From Catajapyx aquilonaris (taxonomy: Eukaryota): a stretch of 20,000 nt of DNA. The notes below the pieces were generated by a model. It did not search any database. It was given only the letters and a program-made list of their open reading frames with translations, and was not told where the DNA came from. Both the position numbers and the translations under genes were made by a program. Where the stretch lies: contig JYFJ02001985.1 in assembly GCA_000934665.2 (NCBI GenBank), forward strand, positions 45,075 through 65,074, given 5' to 3'. Positions 18,236 to 20,000 of the stretch are shown here, piece after piece; position 1 is the first letter of the stretch, and each line of letters begins with the position of its first letter.

Positions 18236-19752
18236 AAGAGCGAGTGGAGTATAGACTACACTTTTCCCCGCTTTTCCCTGATGAATTTCTGATTTATGAT
18301 ATGTGATCGTGATGATGACGATGTCTCGGACGATGTGTAGGCCTACTTTGCCGGAAAAGTACGGTAGGACTACCGGTTTGCAGGTTATTAGGCCTATGCC
18401 ATGTGTCTAATATGAAGCCTATTTATTATTGAGTTTCATCTCCACTGCACTCATAGCCCCTACTTTGCAGCCTTCCCACTCCAAGGTCCCTCTTTATTCA
18501 GTCGAGTTTTTATGCTGGCGTGTGCAAGATGATTTGGTTGAATAAACATGCTGTCGTCGATGGTGATCATTAATGATCATCTTGGGTGTGGACTTGCCCT
18601 ACTTTCCCATAGATCCGCCAGACATACGTATCCCGTAGCCTATATATCCAGTATATATCCCAGCCACGCACATATGTAGGTATTGTAAAAAGAAACGTAA
18701 CGACACGGCAAATGACAAGTATTATTACAGTTTATTATATTACAACTTAGCGCTGGCCACAATACTCTATACTGTATAAATACTAATACTAATCCAGCTC
18801 CAAGCACGGCCAATAAAATGCGCCAAACGTCTGGTTTTAGGAAATCAATACACGCGCATCTTTCAGAAGCTCGCTCACAGTTCTCACAGCAGTACAGTAC
18901 TGTACGTACACTGCACTGTCATGTTACAACATATCTATGTAAATATGCAGGATTTCCATATGTCCGAGCCAATATTATAGCAATTAATCCTCAGGTCGCT
19001 GAGCTGAAATGAGTAACATTGGTTTGAAGTGGAGATATGCAATCTTCTCTATATCGCAATCCATATGCATTTGCTGGGGTCATTTTTCCACCTTGGAGAG
19101 CCGCCCCCGCCCCGTGGCCGTAGAGGCCGCTCCAAGCCAAGTCCCAAGTGCCAGATATCTGCCAGAGAAGCAGATTTTATATGTGAGATGTGGCAACATC
19201 AGCCGGCCTAAGAGCTTGACCTTGAACCCAACCGATGGCGCCACAGGTGCTCGGATATTCTTCCACCGACACATCTAACAAGCTATTACTTTGTAGCTAT
19301 ACCTCCACAGTTCCCTCAATCCACAAGGCCCCAATTTTGGCAGTTTCTTTTTTACATTCGATTTATTCTCACTCGTAGTGACATGTTCAGGCGTATGTAC
19401 ACATCGGACAAGGATGACCGCAGGTTAGACGGCCTTGACCTGCACACGGCTGCACATGTGTTGTAAGCTGCTATTGCGACCAGTCACAACCTACTTCTTT
19501 ATAACAGCTGCGCTCTTCAGAAGGGTAAAAGGCGAAGATGGCGTCGTCCAGGGCGGCGTTGAACTCGGGAGACAAAACATTGCTGTACTTGTGGACAGCG
19601 TCCGCTACTCTCGACCTGCCTGACGTCATTAGGAATAACATCTTGTACGGGACCTTCAGCATGTGCATGCGCTTAATAACACTCACCACGACCCTGACCC
19701 AATATTTCCTGCTGCTATGTTTTGCTTTCATGTGATGCGATTGTTATTATTA

Positions 19753-20000
19753 CGAGGCGCATCCAGAAAGTAAGTTGGTTTTTTTTTAGCATATAGAAAA
19801 CCCACAATGCACCACTAGAATTTTTATTTACACATCTGAAGGTGACAACAACTGTACTTGCTTTTCTAAATAGTTTCCAGCCAAATCGAGGCATATTTCA
19901 TTGAGTTACAGAAGATTTTGCATGCCTATATCAGTGAAGCCTGCCGCCTGCCATTTCCGCAACCCCTGAATGCTGGATTGTAACTTCTAGTTATTGTCAA
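19753..20000 (-). mobile_element. Mariner-family transposon remnant (3' end; continues beyond the window)
   Basis: TA|CGAGGCGCATCCAGAAAGTAAG terminus; minus strand 19953-19861 reads WQAAGFTDIGMQNLL*LNEICLDLAGNYLEK, matching the mariner C-terminus F...GI..L..R..KC....G.Y.EK. Confidence 0.82.

Noticed and set aside
19538..19735. Plus ORF whose hydrophobic end resembles a gustatory-receptor C-terminus
   Set aside because: It lacks the TY..IL.QF motif, and its composition is that of an antisense shadow of the minus-strand frame.
1..20000. CRISPR array, prokaryotic operon or defence system
   Set aside because: No regularly spaced direct repeats; the window is clearly an intron-containing eukaryotic locus.

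Overview
Eukaryotic genomic DNA, probably arthropod (inferred from the transposon repertoire and CpG pattern; the species cannot be determined). Most of the window (1-16961, minus strand) is the 5' part of a spliced retinoblastoma-family pocket-protein gene of the p107/p130 (RBL1/RBL2, insect Rbf) type. I assembled 13 coding exons by hand with consistent splice phases (~923 codons); the gene runs off the left edge inside the B pocket. Intron 4 uses a GC donor, and the CpG-rich promoter carries clustered E2F consensus sites. The introns are packed with transposons. The most notable is an internally deleted P-element/THAP9-family element with 31-bp TIRs, a perfect 8-bp TSD and a transposase C-terminal remnant, which itself hosts a hAT-like MITE and a tRNA-SINE. 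Also present are piggyBac-, Kolobok-, PIF/Harbinger- and CACTA-like MITEs and a long-arm foldback element containing a second SINE. Upstream of the gene lie hAT-like ends, an unexplained decayed coding-like segment and a mariner remnant. I see no convincing evidence of a wholly new biological system; the best leads are the P/THAP9 element, the splicing and regulatory features of the RBL gene, and the unidentified segment at ~19.0-19.7 kb.
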